Positions 54,149 through 64,000 of a stretch of DNA of 64,000 nucleotides are shown one piece after another (within the stretch, counting starts at the first letter, position 1; every line of letters starts with the position of its first letter). Under the pieces are notes generated by a model. It did not search any database, was not told where the DNA came from, and saw only the letters and a program-made list of their open reading frames with translations. Made by a program: the position numbers and the translations under genes. This DNA is from Candidatus Kapaibacterium sp. GTDB taxonomy: Bacteria; Bacteroidota; Ignavibacteria; Kapaibacteriales; UBA2268. The stretch is from positions 2,912,001 through 2,976,000 of the forward strand of contig OY761611.1 of assembly GCA_963664875.1 (NCBI GenBank), read 5' to 3'.

Positions 54149-57100
54149 ATGAATTACACTCGTGAGCAACAGTTAGCTTTTACTGCAGACAGGCATCTTG
54201 TCATAAGTGCTAACGCAGGTTCGGGGAAGACAAGAATACTTGTAGATAGATTTATACAGATACTCGAAAAAGAAAATATTCCGGAAAGCCTGCAAGGGGA
54301 CACTTTAGCTCCCGAAAACATAATAGCTATAACATTTACTAAAAAAGCTGCAGGAGAGATGTTCGCAAGGATTAACAAAACTATCGGCGAGATGATAAAA
54401 CAGGAAAAAAATCCGAACAAAAGCTATCTCCTCCGCGAGTTACGTTCAAAAATATTTCAGGCAAAGGTATCGACTATTCATAGCTTTTGTGAAAAGCTTT
54501 TGCGTGACTATGCGGTGGAAGCTGATGTCTCTCCAAATTTTCAGATACTTTCCGAAACTGACCGTTACTTTATATACAAAGATGCAAGAATTAATGCTAT
54601 AGAATCTGTTTTGTCGCAGGTTAGCAATGTAGAAGCTCTATATTTTAAAATGTTTTTGCTTCGAAATTCTTTTAATAAGATAGAAAATATTACCGATGTG
54701 CTTTTCAGTAATTTATATGAGTACAACAAAATCGCTGACAAATTTAGATCAGAAGATTATAACCCTTTAAAAGATCCGGAGAATACTCCGTATATAGTTT
54801 CTATACTCAAAAAGTATGCTAAAGGGTATGAATGCTTTTATACACAGCTTGAAGCACTTTCTGAAAATCTTGAGATTCAAGATAAGGAGCGTGAACGCGT
54901 AAAGGAATTGAAAGGTATTTGCTCTGACATTACTAATATATTGAAAAATTTTGAATCTGCTCCTATAGAGACTATTTCTGAATTGATAGATTTGGTGGAG
55001 TTCACTTCAAAGATTGGTCGTAGCAATGTGCTGACTTTTATCTTAAAAAACAGTGTACTGTCTGTCGAAGAGATTGAAATTCTTGAAGCTATTCATTATC
55101 TATCTGTGAAGAACTCACACCTATTTGAAAATACAGAAGCAATTTTGAAATTTAGGAATATTCAGAGAGCTATACATTACTTTGCCGATGAACTAATCAA
55201 TCAAATAAATCAGGAAAAGGCAGAAAAAGCAGTTTTTGATTTTGACGATTTGATGCTCAAAGTAAAAAGCATGCTTAATGATGATGAATTGAGAAAAATA
55301 ATGCTTGGCAATACCACACATATCATGGTTGATGAATTTCAGGATACGAACCAGCTACAATATGATATAATTTCTGATTTACTGCCGGAACTAAAGGGGG
55401 AGGAAGATTCCTCAAGTTTTGACAGAAAACTATTTATAGTAGGTGACGGCAAGCAGAGCATTTACGCGTTTAGAAATGCTGACATCAGGGTATTTAAAAA
55501 AGCTGCTGAGACTATAGCTTCAATAAACTCAAAAAAGATGGCTGAAGGCAAGCTTTCTAAAGATATGATCAATTTCATCGGAGAGAGACCTGAATGGAAA
55601 GATAAAGAGAATAACGGCAATCTCTCTCTTACCGCTTCATTTAGATTGTCGCCGGTAGTAGCTGCTTTTGTAAATAAGATTTGTGGTGGTATCATGGATA
55701 CCGGCATTTCAGATTTTGAAGTTGATTATGAAGACCTTGTTTTTGGCAAAAACAGCACCGCGATTAAACAAGAGATACTTTCTCAATATCCTCACTATAA
55801 ATTTGATGAGCCAAATCAGATTTTCCAAGCTGACAGTACCGGACATGGCTCAGTCAATTTCATCATACATAAAGAAGAAATTGAAGAAAAAGAAGATGAT
55901 ACAGACGAAGTGACTGATAATAAGACGAATCCGTATAAATCAGAAGCAGAGAAGCTGATAAAGTATATCAAATCAAGAGTGGAAGGAGATAATCCTTATC
56001 AGATATTTGAGGACAATACTTACAGGCCTGCAAAGTACAAAGATGTTGGAATCCTTTTTAGGTCAAGGTCAAAAACAAGTGAGTTAGTCAATGCCTGTAT
56101 CGAAAATCAAGTACCATTTGTATTGCATTCCGGTTCGGGATTGTATAAAATGCAAGAGGTTCAAGACATGATTGCATTGCTCAAATTCCTTTATGATCCT
56201 AATGATGATATTTCATGTATTGGAGTTTTGCGATCTCCATTTTTTGAAATACAAGACAATGAATTGTATAACATTTCGCAAGCTGCTAAAGGCACTCCTG
56301 CTATATCTTTTTATCAAAAATGTAAATTGTTTGCTGAGAACCCATTGCAGACAGAAGAATTCAAAGAAACACTTGAATATTTGGAAGACGTTTTGTCCGT
56401 TTCGGGCAGACTTTCTCCGTCTGAATTAGTAAATAGGCTAATTATTGAGAGGAAGTACTTCGAGAAGATTGGAAATGATAAAGCTATAGCACAAATAAAA
56501 GCATCAATCAATAAATTTAAAGCAACCTTGTATGATTTTGAAGAGCAAGGCTATAAAGATATATTTGATCTAATGCAACAGATGAATACCATGATGAAGC
56601 GCGGAAAGGAAGGGGAAGCATCTGTAAGCTCGAAAGATGCAATTAATTTGATGACTATCCATAGCTCTAAAGGTTTGGAGTTCCCAATAGTTGCTCTCTA
56701 CGGTGCAAATAATAGTTCCGGGCATAACAGCTCAGTCTATTTCTCCCAGCAATTTGGTATCACCTTCAACGATAAACGCAAAGATGATGAAACAAATATG
56801 CTGGTAGAAGAGCCAAACCTCATACATTTTCTGAATAAAGAGATGTACAAGCAAGCTGAAGCAGCTGAAGAAAAAAGGTTACTTTATGTAGCTTTGACAA
56901 GAGCTAAAGATCATCTGATAGTCTCTGCAAATGTTTCAGTCAGTAAAAAACAAGAAGTATCTCTTCGATCCTTTTTTAAGAGTATAATCAACGTACTTTT
57001 ACGTGCACCCGGTGGGGTGGCTAAGGAGGCATATCATAGGCGCTTTTATATTGATGCCATTGAAGAATTTAAAATTGAGAAACAGCAAATTTCATTTTTA

Positions 57101-57985
57101 GAATCTAACGAGCTGCATAATATCTTGCTTGGCTACAATGTCAAATGTATTTATGAGGTAGATAGTCCTCAAAATAATTTTCAGAATCTGCAACAAAATC
57201 AAGATAAATCGAAGTTTATAGATGCAGAATGGGTTCCTGCAAGATTCCATAATGAAGTTTTTTCAGCTTCAAAAATCATGGCGTTTAAGACTGACAGAAA
57301 CGACTACGAGATTAAATATATCGTTGGGCTGAATACTCAACTCAATAAGAAGCAGAGGGCAGAGAATGAGAACCGGAGCGAGGACGAACTACGTGGGAAT
57401 GTACTTGGAACTTATATCCACGAAGCAATGTCATTGCTAAATGCATGGTGGAAAGATGGCGGAGTAGATGAGGAAGAACTCAAACAAATCATCGCGGTAA
57501 TGCTTAGACGAAGAAATAGTTACCAGGAAAGTTATCTGCAGCAGGTCTATGATGCATGCCTTGCCATTGTTAGCACAGATTATATCCGAAAAAACAGAGA
57601 AAAACTTGCAAGTGCTGTTTTTGAACTTGAGCTAAATATCCCATTAGAAATACACTACCTTACCGGAAGTATAGACGTTTTGGTAGAAGAGGAGGGAGGA
57701 GAGTCAGTAATTTGGGATTGGAAAACAAATCACGTAAATGACTATGCTGACTTGGAAGAATTGGCTTCGCATTATAAACATCAGATGGCAATATATGCAT
57801 ATCTGATTTATCTAAAGAATCGCAATCAGACTAATTATAAAGCAAGACTGCTATTTACTGATTATGCTAACAAATGCCGGGGAGATGAATGGGTCTATTC
57901 TTTTGAGTGGTCCAATGAAGAAATGCAGAATTTAGGGATAGATCTGGAAGAGACGGTCGCTGAGCTAAGTAGAAGATACTATTGA
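54149..57985 (+). CDS. UvrD/AddA-type ATP-dependent helicase-nuclease
   Basis: ANAGSGKT, AITFTKKAA, VDEFQDTN, VGDGKQSIYAFRNAD, MTIHSSKGLEF, YVALTRA, C-terminal PD-(D/E)xK GSIDVL...IWDWKT...QMAIY. Confidence 0.92.
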   Translation: MNYTREQQLAFTADRHLVISANAGSGKTRILVDRFIQILEKENIPESLQGDTLAPENIIAITFTKKAAGEMFARINKTIGEMIKQEKNPNKSYLLRELRSKIFQAKVSTIHSFCEKLLRDYAVEADVSPNFQILSETDRYFIYKDARINAIESVLSQVSNVEALYFKMFLLRNSFNKIENITDVLFSNLYEYNKIADKFRSEDYNPLKDPENTPYIVSILKKYAKGYECFYTQLEALSENLEIQDKERERVKELKGICSDITNILKNFESAPIETISELIDLVEFTSKIGRSNVLTFILKNSVLSVEEIEILEAIHYLSVKNSHLFENTEAILKFRNIQRAIHYFADELINQINQEKAEKAVFDFDDLMLKVKSMLNDDELRKIMLGNTTHIMVDEFQDTNQLQYDIISDLLPELKGEEDSSSFDRKLFIVGDGKQSIYAFRNADIRVFKKAAETIASINSKKMAEGKLSKDMINFIGERPEWKDKENNGNLSLTASFRLSPVVAAFVNKICGGIMDTGISDFEVDYEDLVFGKNSTAIKQEILSQYPHYKFDEPNQIFQADSTGHGSVNFIIHKEEIEEKEDDTDEVTDNKTNPYKSEAEKLIKYIKSRVEGDNPYQIFEDNTYRPAKYKDVGILFRSRSKTSELVNACIENQVPFVLHSGSGLYKMQEVQDMIALLKFLYDPNDDISCIGVLRSPFFEIQDNELYNISQAAKGTPAISFYQKCKLFAENPLQTEEFKETLEYLEDVLSVSGRLSPSELVNRLIIERKYFEKIGNDKAIAQIKASINKFKATLYDFEEQGYKDIFDLMQQMNTMMKRGKEGEASVSSKDAINLMTIHSSKGLEFPIVALYGANNSSGHNSSVYFSQQFGITFNDKRKDDETNMLVEEPNLIHFLNKEMYKQAEAAEEKRLLYVALTRAKDHLIVSANVSVSKKQEVSLRSFFKSIINVLLRAPGGVAKEAYHRRFYIDAIEEFKIEKQQISFLESNELHNILLGYNVKCIYEVDSPQNNFQNLQQNQDKSKFIDAEWVPARFHNEVFSASKIMAFKTDRNDYEIKYIVGLNTQLNKKQRAENENRSEDELRGNVLGTYIHEAMSLLNAWWKDGGVDEEELKQIIAVMLRRRNSYQESYLQQVYDACLAIVSTDYIRKNREKLASAVFELELNIPLEIHYLTGSIDVLVEEEGGESVIWDWKTNHVNDYADLEELASHYKHQMAIYAYLIYLKNRNQTNYKARLLFTDYANKCRGDEWVYSFEWSNEEMQNLGIDLEETVAELSRRYY

Positions 57986-58124
57986 TACTTTCTATTATGT
58001 GATTGTATCGAAAGACGCAAATCGGATGGCAATGATATTGCTGATAACAATGCTTTATGAGAATAAGAAAGTTGAATTTTAAAATTCGGCAGATTACAAG
58101 CACTAATAATCGAAGAATCAAATT

Positions 58125-58155
58125 AAAAAGAGCATCTCAATAGGAATGCTCTTTT
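58125..58155. terminator. Terminator-like hairpin after the helicase gene
   Basis: AAAAAGAGCAT...ATGCTCTTTTT. Confidence 0.7.
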
Positions 58156-58251
58156 TAGTTAGCATGAGTCAGATTTTTGATCTTCTTTCTAACTTATATT
58201 TTACTAAACCGCTTGAAAAGCATATATTTGAAAAAACAATGAGAGGTAGAT

Positions 58252-58722
58252 ATGGTTGGTTTTGGATACGATGTTCATAAACTTGCTGAGGGAGAAAGTT
58301 TAATACTCGGCGGTATCAATATAGAAAGTAAAATTGGCACAGTAGCACACTCAGACGGTGATGTACTTTTGCATTCCATAATGGATGCGATTCTCGGTGC
58401 TTGCGGAATGGGAGACATAGGAGAACATTTTCCTGATACAGATCCTAAATACAAAAGTGCAGATAGTACTAAGTTATTTGAAGAAGTTATGGCTATACTC
58501 GACAATGAAGGCTACCGCTTAGTTAACATAGATGCTACAATCGTTTTAGAAAAGCCTAAACTGTTACCCTATAAAGAGCAAATCAGGGAATCGGTGGCAA
58601 AACTATGCAAGCTTCCTGCTAAACGAGTAAATATAAAAGCAACAACCAATGAAAAGATGGGATTCCTTGGTAGGCAAGAGGGAATAGGTGTGCATGCTGT
58701 TTGTTTGATAAAAGAGAAGTAG
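58252..58722 (+). CDS. ispF: 2-C-methyl-D-erythritol 2,4-cyclodiphosphate synthase
   Basis: GYDVH, HSDGDV, GDIGEHFPDTD, KATTNE; TATATTTG -7 element at 58223-58230. Confidence 0.97.
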   Translation: MVGFGYDVHKLAEGESLILGGINIESKIGTVAHSDGDVLLHSIMDAILGACGMGDIGEHFPDTDPKYKSADSTKLFEEVMAILDNEGYRLVNIDATIVLEKPKLLPYKEQIRESVAKLCKLPAKRVNIKATTNEKMGFLGRQEGIGVHAVCLIKEK

Positions 58723-58771
58723 CGAGTAATTATTTCTAAATAGAAGCTTTTAATCAAGCGTACAAACAAAT

Positions 58772-60997
58772 ATGTGTTATTCGAACTCTATGAACTCAAT
58801 GAAACTAATACTCATTATCACAATATTACTTAGCTCTCTAAGCTATTTATATTCCGGCGAAATATACCCGAAACGCCCGGAGGAGCTTGCTCATTTTGAA
58901 AAAGGATATTTTATAGGGCTTAATTCGCGTAGTGACAGTGTTATTTTTGAAAAAGGATGGGCATTTGAGCAAGATCAATTCCTTGTCAAAAGTGGAGGAA
59001 GTCAGCAAATTATTCCTTTAAAAAATGAAAAAGTTTTGGATATTGTAGTGCTCGAATCACATATTGCTTTGCTGACTGATATTCTGGGCGATTGTTATTT
59101 GTCGTTATATGATTATAATTTGCAACAGGTTCATAATATTAGAACGAGCTACACTCCGAATCCAAATCTCAGATTGATTCGGCAGGATAAGAATATCATC
59201 CTTCAAGACAGAAACACCAGTCAGGTATTTGTGATAAACAAAGGCAAGCTTGTAAAAAAGAGAACTATAAATGGCTGTTGCAGTATTTTGAGCTATAAAG
59301 ATTACTATATTGCCTTTTTTAAAAACAATCGCTATGCTGAGGTCGTAATTGTTAATGATTCCGGAGGAGTGCTTCATTCTGAGCATCTCCCGACATATAA
59401 GCATCAGAGATTGATAAAAACAGATTCTTTAGTATTCCTATTGGGCTCATTTGGCTATGAGACGGACATATATTGTTTTACGATGAAAGATTTGATGCCT
59501 GTCAAAAGAGTCAATGTTCCTGCCGATATCAACAATATAAATATTTTGCCGAACCAAAATGATATAAGAATCAGATATACCCAAACCTCCAAGACCCATA
59601 CATCTTTGATTGCTCAAAACTTTTTCCATGAAGATGATTATGAAATTTACGATTTGGATAAATATTTCTACAAATTGCTGAGTTCTCACACTCTGGATGA
59701 TAAGAGCATTTGGCTATTTGCAAACGGTATATTGCTTGCTGATTATGATTCGGGGATTTTATCTGCCTACGAATACAGCTGCGAAGACTGGGTAAATTCA
59801 AAATCGGAAATTTCTCTCGTGAATAATGTTCTTACAATCAGAGGGGAAGCAGGCAGCAGCATATTTGAGCTTAACGATAATAACTGGTGGTTTTGGAACA
59901 GCATACAATATAAGTACGGGAATGCTATACTGATTTCAGTAGTTGCATTTGCGTTTTTGATAGTTCTGAGGTTTGCAAGGAATCAGAAAAAACTGTTAAA
60001 AACTGTGATAGACCTCCCCGGAGCAGGTGTGATTTTAGTTATAGACAAATACTCCAGACTTATCAATCTCAATTCGCCGGCTGCGGAATTGCTTTCTATA
60101 AAGGCTGGTGTACCTTTAAAAAAACTATACACATCTTACTTTGCAGATGAGGGTTTAAAGATACTTACAGGGATTATAGATTTTGCTGTGAGCAAACGTG
60201 AAAACCTGACCCGTAAAGTCAATTTGCTGATAGGCAACGACACTAAGGAATGGCTTTGCACAGTAAAAGTGATGACAAATATAGCCGGCAAATTTACCGG
60301 TGTAGTATTCACAGGTATCGACATCACAGAGCAGTTAGAAAAGAAAAGGCTGACGAATTGGGCACAACTTGCTCATGATATGCAGACTAATTTGTCAACT
60401 ATAAAACTAAATGCAGAGCATTTACAGACAGAAGAAGACCCGAATAATCATTCTCGGAAAAAGAAAATTATACATCAGGTAAATCTTCTAATGTCGAGAG
60501 TTAGAGATATAGTAACGGTAGGTAGAAGCGACAAACTAAATACTGTACCTGTTAATTCATCAGATATATGTATTGAAGCAAGGAATGAATTTGACGATAC
60601 TGTTTTTCCTGATGTTAGCTTTGATTTCAATGTTACTCCATTTATGCTTAATTGTGACAAACCTAAACTAATCAGAGCTGTAAGGAATGCCATTGAAAAT
60701 GCCATCAAAGCAATGCCGGATAGGAAAGGCAATATCAAAATCAGCTGCGATAAAGATTCGCGTCATGCATATTTCCGAGTCAAAGATGATGGGCCGGGTA
60801 TGACAAAATCGACTTTAGAGAAAATCATCAAACCATACTTCACAACTGCCGAAAAAACTGGCGGTATGGGTATGGGGACAATGATAATGCAGCATGTTGC
60901 GGAAATGCACGGAGGAAGCGTTAAGTTTAATTCTGAACCAGGCAAAGGGACAGAAGTTATTTTTATAATACCGATAAGGAACAGAGGCGAAGAATAA
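58772..60997 (+). CDS. Sensor histidine kinase with large beta-rich extracytoplasmic domain and PAS-like region
   Basis: Signal/TM, WAQLAHDMQ H-box, RNAIENAIKA, DDGPGM, GMGMG; start may be 58799. Confidence 0.88.
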   Translation: MCYSNSMNSMKLILIITILLSSLSYLYSGEIYPKRPEELAHFEKGYFIGLNSRSDSVIFEKGWAFEQDQFLVKSGGSQQIIPLKNEKVLDIVVLESHIALLTDILGDCYLSLYDYNLQQVHNIRTSYTPNPNLRLIRQDKNIILQDRNTSQVFVINKGKLVKKRTINGCCSILSYKDYYIAFFKNNRYAEVVIVNDSGGVLHSEHLPTYKHQRLIKTDSLVFLLGSFGYETDIYCFTMKDLMPVKRVNVPADINNINILPNQNDIRIRYTQTSKTHTSLIAQNFFHEDDYEIYDLDKYFYKLLSSHTLDDKSIWLFANGILLADYDSGILSAYEYSCEDWVNSKSEISLVNNVLTIRGEAGSSIFELNDNNWWFWNSIQYKYGNAILISVVAFAFLIVLRFARNQKKLLKTVIDLPGAGVILVIDKYSRLINLNSPAAELLSIKAGVPLKKLYTSYFADEGLKILTGIIDFAVSKRENLTRKVNLLIGNDTKEWLCTVKVMTNIAGKFTGVVFTGIDITEQLEKKRLTNWAQLAHDMQTNLSTIKLNAEHLQTEEDPNNHSRKKKIIHQVNLLMSRVRDIVTVGRSDKLNTVPVNSSDICIEARNEFDDTVFPDVSFDFNVTPFMLNCDKPKLIRAVRNAIENAIKAMPDRKGNIKISCDKDSRHAYFRVKDDGPGMTKSTLEKIIKPYFTTAEKTGGMGMGTMIMQHVAEMHGGSVKFNSEPGKGTEVIFIIPIRNRGEE

Positions 60998-61461
60998 TGA
61001 GCAATAAAATTGATATAAATACTTTGAAAGGTAAAAGATTAGCTGCTGTTGATTTCGGAATGAAAAGACTTGGTCTTGCTGTTTGTGACCAATTTCATGT
61101 AACTATTTCACCCCGCGATGTGTATGATTATAGTAGCAAAGAATTTTGGGACAAATTTGTTGCAGATTTGAACTCTGAGGAGCTTGCTGCTGTTATAGTA
61201 GGCGTGCCCAAAAGATTAGATGGCGAAAAAACTAAAGTAATTGTAGAAATCGAAAAGTTTATTGAACTTTTGAGGAAGAAAACACAATTACAGATAATAG
61301 AACACGACGAATCTTTCACTTCGCAAAGGGCAGTGGAAACTATGGTTACTATCGGCAAAAAGAAAAATAAGCGAAGTCAAAAGGGAGAAACAGACAAGGT
61401 GGCTGCTGCTATTATTCTAAGGGACTTTTTAAATGAATACGAGGGCGGATTTTATGTATAG
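60997..61461 (+). CDS. yqgF: YqgF/RuvX family pre-16S rRNA nuclease
   Basis: AVDFGMKRLGLAVCD, VGVP, DESFTS, DKVAAAIIL. Confidence 0.95.
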   Translation: MSNKIDINTLKGKRLAAVDFGMKRLGLAVCDQFHVTISPRDVYDYSSKEFWDKFVADLNSEELAAVIVGVPKRLDGEKTKVIVEIEKFIELLRKKTQLQIIEHDESFTSQRAVETMVTIGKKKNKRSQKGETDKVAAAIILRDFLNEYEGGFYV

Positions 61462-62827
61462 ATTTATATTTTCTTTTATCCTGTTTGCTTTGGTTGCAAA
61501 TGCGGCAAAGAGTAATACTTTTGACCGTAGCCAGTACTATTCTTATGGAGTGAAATTTTATGCAGAAGCACATGCTTTCCCTTCTGAATATGCTGATTCG
61601 CTCGATGTAGGAGTTTTCTTTAAGCTAATGCATGAAGTCGTAGCCTTTAATAAAGAGCAAAATACTAAAGATACATACTTTGCAGTACCCACGCTTGAGA
61701 TAACGTGCAAAGATCAAGACGGCATCATAAGAAAAAGGCACCTTTGGCAAGATACAGTTAAAGTAAAAGGATATGACCTGACAGTATCAAAAACTGATTT
61801 TATACACGGAGCCAGCTTTTTTAGGTTGAAAGCAGGTGAGTTTAAAATCAATATAAAAGTTGATGCCGATTTTATCAAACAGGCTATGAGCAAGGATATA
61901 GAATTTGACGTAAATCACTCATTTTATGAAAAACCTACTTACTCAAAGCCGATATTTGCTAAGCCCGAAAGCGACAGAGTTATTCCCTTTATTGCCGGCA
62001 ATAATGCATCGTTTGAGTTTAACGGAGCTACAGTCTATATCCCGCTTTCCTACAAAGTAGATGACAATAAGCCCTACTATTTCAAATGCGAAAGTCTTGA
62101 ACGAAATTTGACAAGAACCAATTGGATGGAAAATGTCAATTTTTCCGGGCAGGCAGCCTTACTAAAAAATCAGAGCATAGATTATCCCGTTAATCAAGAT
62201 TTATTTGTAAAAGATTTTCCGCTGAAAGCAATCAGCAATCCACAGGGAGTTGATACAGGAATCGAGGCAGGTTTGCTGCGTCTCGAGCTTCCGGGAAAGG
62301 AACTTTATCCGGGATATTACAAACTTACAGTCAGTAAAGAGGGCTCTCAGGACACTTTGTACCACGAATTTAAAGTAACTTGGGAAAAAGAGCCTTTATC
62401 TCTCAAAGATGTTGATTATGCAGTAAAATCAATGAAATCTATTCTGACAGACGAAGAGTTTGACAATTTAGATTCCGGAAAAGATCAGGATAAATGGCTG
62501 AAATTGCTTACCTATTGGAAAAAGAACGACCCAACTCCGCAAACGCCATATAACGAAGCAATGACTGTATTTTTTGAAAGGGTGGATTATGCATTCTTTA
62601 ATTATTCTACAGTGACAGATAACGATGGTTCGCTCACTGACAGAGGCTTGGTCTATATACTCAACGGTGCTGCAGACAGGGTGGATGACAGTTTAAACGA
62701 AAGTAATAAAGTAGAAATATGGACATACACCAGATTGGGTAAGGTCTATACTTTTGAGACTGTTTCTTTGGGCGATTTCAAACTGAAAAGCATTACAGAT
62801 TTGCAGGGCAATAAGCTAACAGACTAA
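61454..62827 (+). CDS. Exported GWxTD-domain protein
   Basis: Signal peptide; WKKNDPTPQTPYNE...RVDYA...GSLTDRGLVYILNG. Confidence 0.85.
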   Translation: MYRFIFSFILFALVANAAKSNTFDRSQYYSYGVKFYAEAHAFPSEYADSLDVGVFFKLMHEVVAFNKEQNTKDTYFAVPTLEITCKDQDGIIRKRHLWQDTVKVKGYDLTVSKTDFIHGASFFRLKAGEFKINIKVDADFIKQAMSKDIEFDVNHSFYEKPTYSKPIFAKPESDRVIPFIAGNNASFEFNGATVYIPLSYKVDDNKPYYFKCESLERNLTRTNWMENVNFSGQAALLKNQSIDYPVNQDLFVKDFPLKAISNPQGVDTGIEAGLLRLELPGKELYPGYYKLTVSKEGSQDTLYHEFKVTWEKEPLSLKDVDYAVKSMKSILTDEEFDNLDSGKDQDKWLKLLTYWKKNDPTPQTPYNEAMTVFFERVDYAFFNYSTVTDNDGSLTDRGLVYILNGAADRVDDSLNESNKVEIWTYTRLGKVYTFETVSLGDFKLKSITDLQGNKLTD

Positions 62828-62939
62828 AGCATGTTTTGTATATGTACTTTGAGGTAAAAAGATACTTATAAGCCGGAAATTCCTTTGAAAATTTTGGAAG
62901 ATGTAATAAAAGTTTTAGCAAACACAAGCTCAATAGTGC

Positions 62940-62966
62940 TAAAGTTTTATCTCTTATTGACGAAAA
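62940..62966 (+). promoter_or_regulatory. Putative sigma28 promoter
   Basis: TAAAGTTT extended -35; TAAA-N15-GACGAAAA. Confidence 0.55.
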
Positions 62967-63006
62967 TAAGAGTAAAGGGATTAAGGCAAAACAGGGAAGT
63001 TCTTTT

Positions 63007-63921
63007 TTGCCACATATTGTCAATACAGAGATGAAAACAGATGTCAAAAATATAATCGCGAACAGTGTTATCGTACCGCTCCAAAGGAATGGAAATGCGG
63101 GAGTTCGCTTTATGGAAGATGCCTCTGAAATAAATACTAAGACATCTGTTGCTACTGAAATGGCAAATCACATCGAAATCAAAGCACGAGAGACTAAAGA
63201 GAAATCTTCTCAGGAGTCTCTCGGCTTAAATACTTTACAGCATGCCGAAGACATTAACTCAACCAATAATAAATTTGGAGCTGAGTTCGAATTCAAGAAA
63301 CTTAAAGAGCTCGAAACTGTTGTCAATAAAGTAATGGAAAAAGCTCAAGAGCTATTGGAAAAGAAAAGTAAACTTTGGTTCCCTGCCTCTTTAGAGTCCA
63401 AATTTGATTTTGACTATAAACGCCAGATTGTGGAGTTCGAATCGCAGAGTATGATGTTTTCTGCTTCAGGTACTTTGACTAATGAAGGTGGCAATCAGGT
63501 GAAATTCCAGATTGGCTTTGCCATTAGCCGCGAGTTCTATTCAGAAATATCTACGATGGGTGGATTTGTAAATAATAATGACAGACTTGCTCTAAGCTTC
63601 AATGAAAAATCTTCTCAGTTGACAGATTTAATCTTTTCTTTTGACATTTCTAAGACACAGCCGGAAGAATCAATTGGTAATGGTTTCCTAATTGTGGACA
63701 GATCCGATGATCTTAGTGGTAGCAATAATATTAAAGATAGTGGCAATGCACATAAAGGCAAACTATTTGGCAAAGACAAATCTCAAGCTTATTTAGAAGT
63801 AGAAGCGAAAGCAGGTGAATTGATGAGTCTGATTGGTCTTAAACGCATTAATGAAAGTAAACAAAATGGAGCAAATAATAATGCTACAGAAGAATTGAAG
63901 CATATTGACTTTACTGTTTAA
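63007..63921 (+). CDS. Hypothetical protein, probably flagellar regulon (start may be ATG 63031)
   Basis: 304-aa ORF behind a sigma28-like promoter; FSASG...ISREF...LTD..FSFD...GNGFL..D pattern. Confidence 0.65.
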   Translation: MPHIVNTEMKTDVKNIIANSVIVPLQRNGNAGVRFMEDASEINTKTSVATEMANHIEIKARETKEKSSQESLGLNTLQHAEDINSTNNKFGAEFEFKKLKELETVVNKVMEKAQELLEKKSKLWFPASLESKFDFDYKRQIVEFESQSMMFSASGTLTNEGGNQVKFQIGFAISREFYSEISTMGGFVNNNDRLALSFNEKSSQLTDLIFSFDISKTQPEESIGNGFLIVDRSDDLSGSNNIKDSGNAHKGKLFGKDKSQAYLEVEAKAGELMSLIGLKRINESKQNGANNNATEELKHIDFTV

Positions 63922-64000
63922 CTCTTCCAAATCCTGCTATACGTCGGCTAAGATAAAGATTGTCCAAATCCTGAATAATTACTCCCTGGCTGGTAGAAGC
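63911..64000 (-). CDS. C-terminal fragment of an NlpC/P60 (C40) peptidase, truncated by window edge
   Basis: Hand translation ASTSQGVIIQDLDNLYLSRRIAGFGRVKQ* resembles the family ending (H)ASTSxGV...Y..R....R. Confidence 0.6.
   Translation of the reverse strand, partial: ASTSQGVIIQDLDNLYLSRRIAGFGRVKQ

Overview
AT-rich chromosomal window from an FCB-group bacterium. Bacteroidota-type TTTG-N19/20-TAnnTTTG promoters, a T9SS cargo protein, a GWxTD protein and flagellar genes together suggest an Ignavibacteria/Kapabacteria-like organism (inference). Order of contents: end of a flagellar hook operon (fliK, flgD, small flagellar operon protein, flgE); alaS; a large T9SS-secreted Asp-box/Omp28 protein; frameshifted prfB; hutH; fpr and lipoprotein genes; four tRNAs; secE-nusG-rplKAJL-rpoBC; two divergent EF-G paralogs around rpsL-rpsG; tuf; the S10-spc-alpha cluster without rpsD; then an orphan CHASE/PAS kinase, an MFS transporter, tRNA-fMet, an AddA-like helicase-nuclease, ispF, a second kinase, yqgF, a GWxTD protein, a sigma28-promoter ORF and the 3' end of an NlpC/P60 gene. 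The most novel-looking signals are non-coding. The hook operon has a candidate RNA control layer: CsrA-consensus hairpins over the flgD and flgE RBSs, a structured flgE leader just behind a RelE/DUF4258-like small protein, and a putative sigma28-driven sRNA after flgE with an exposed anti-SD seed. There is also a stand-alone candidate sRNA divergent from prfB that displays two ACUCAUA motifs. No CRISPR array, rRNA or intact mobile element was seen. All calls are by eye; no searches or folding programs were run.
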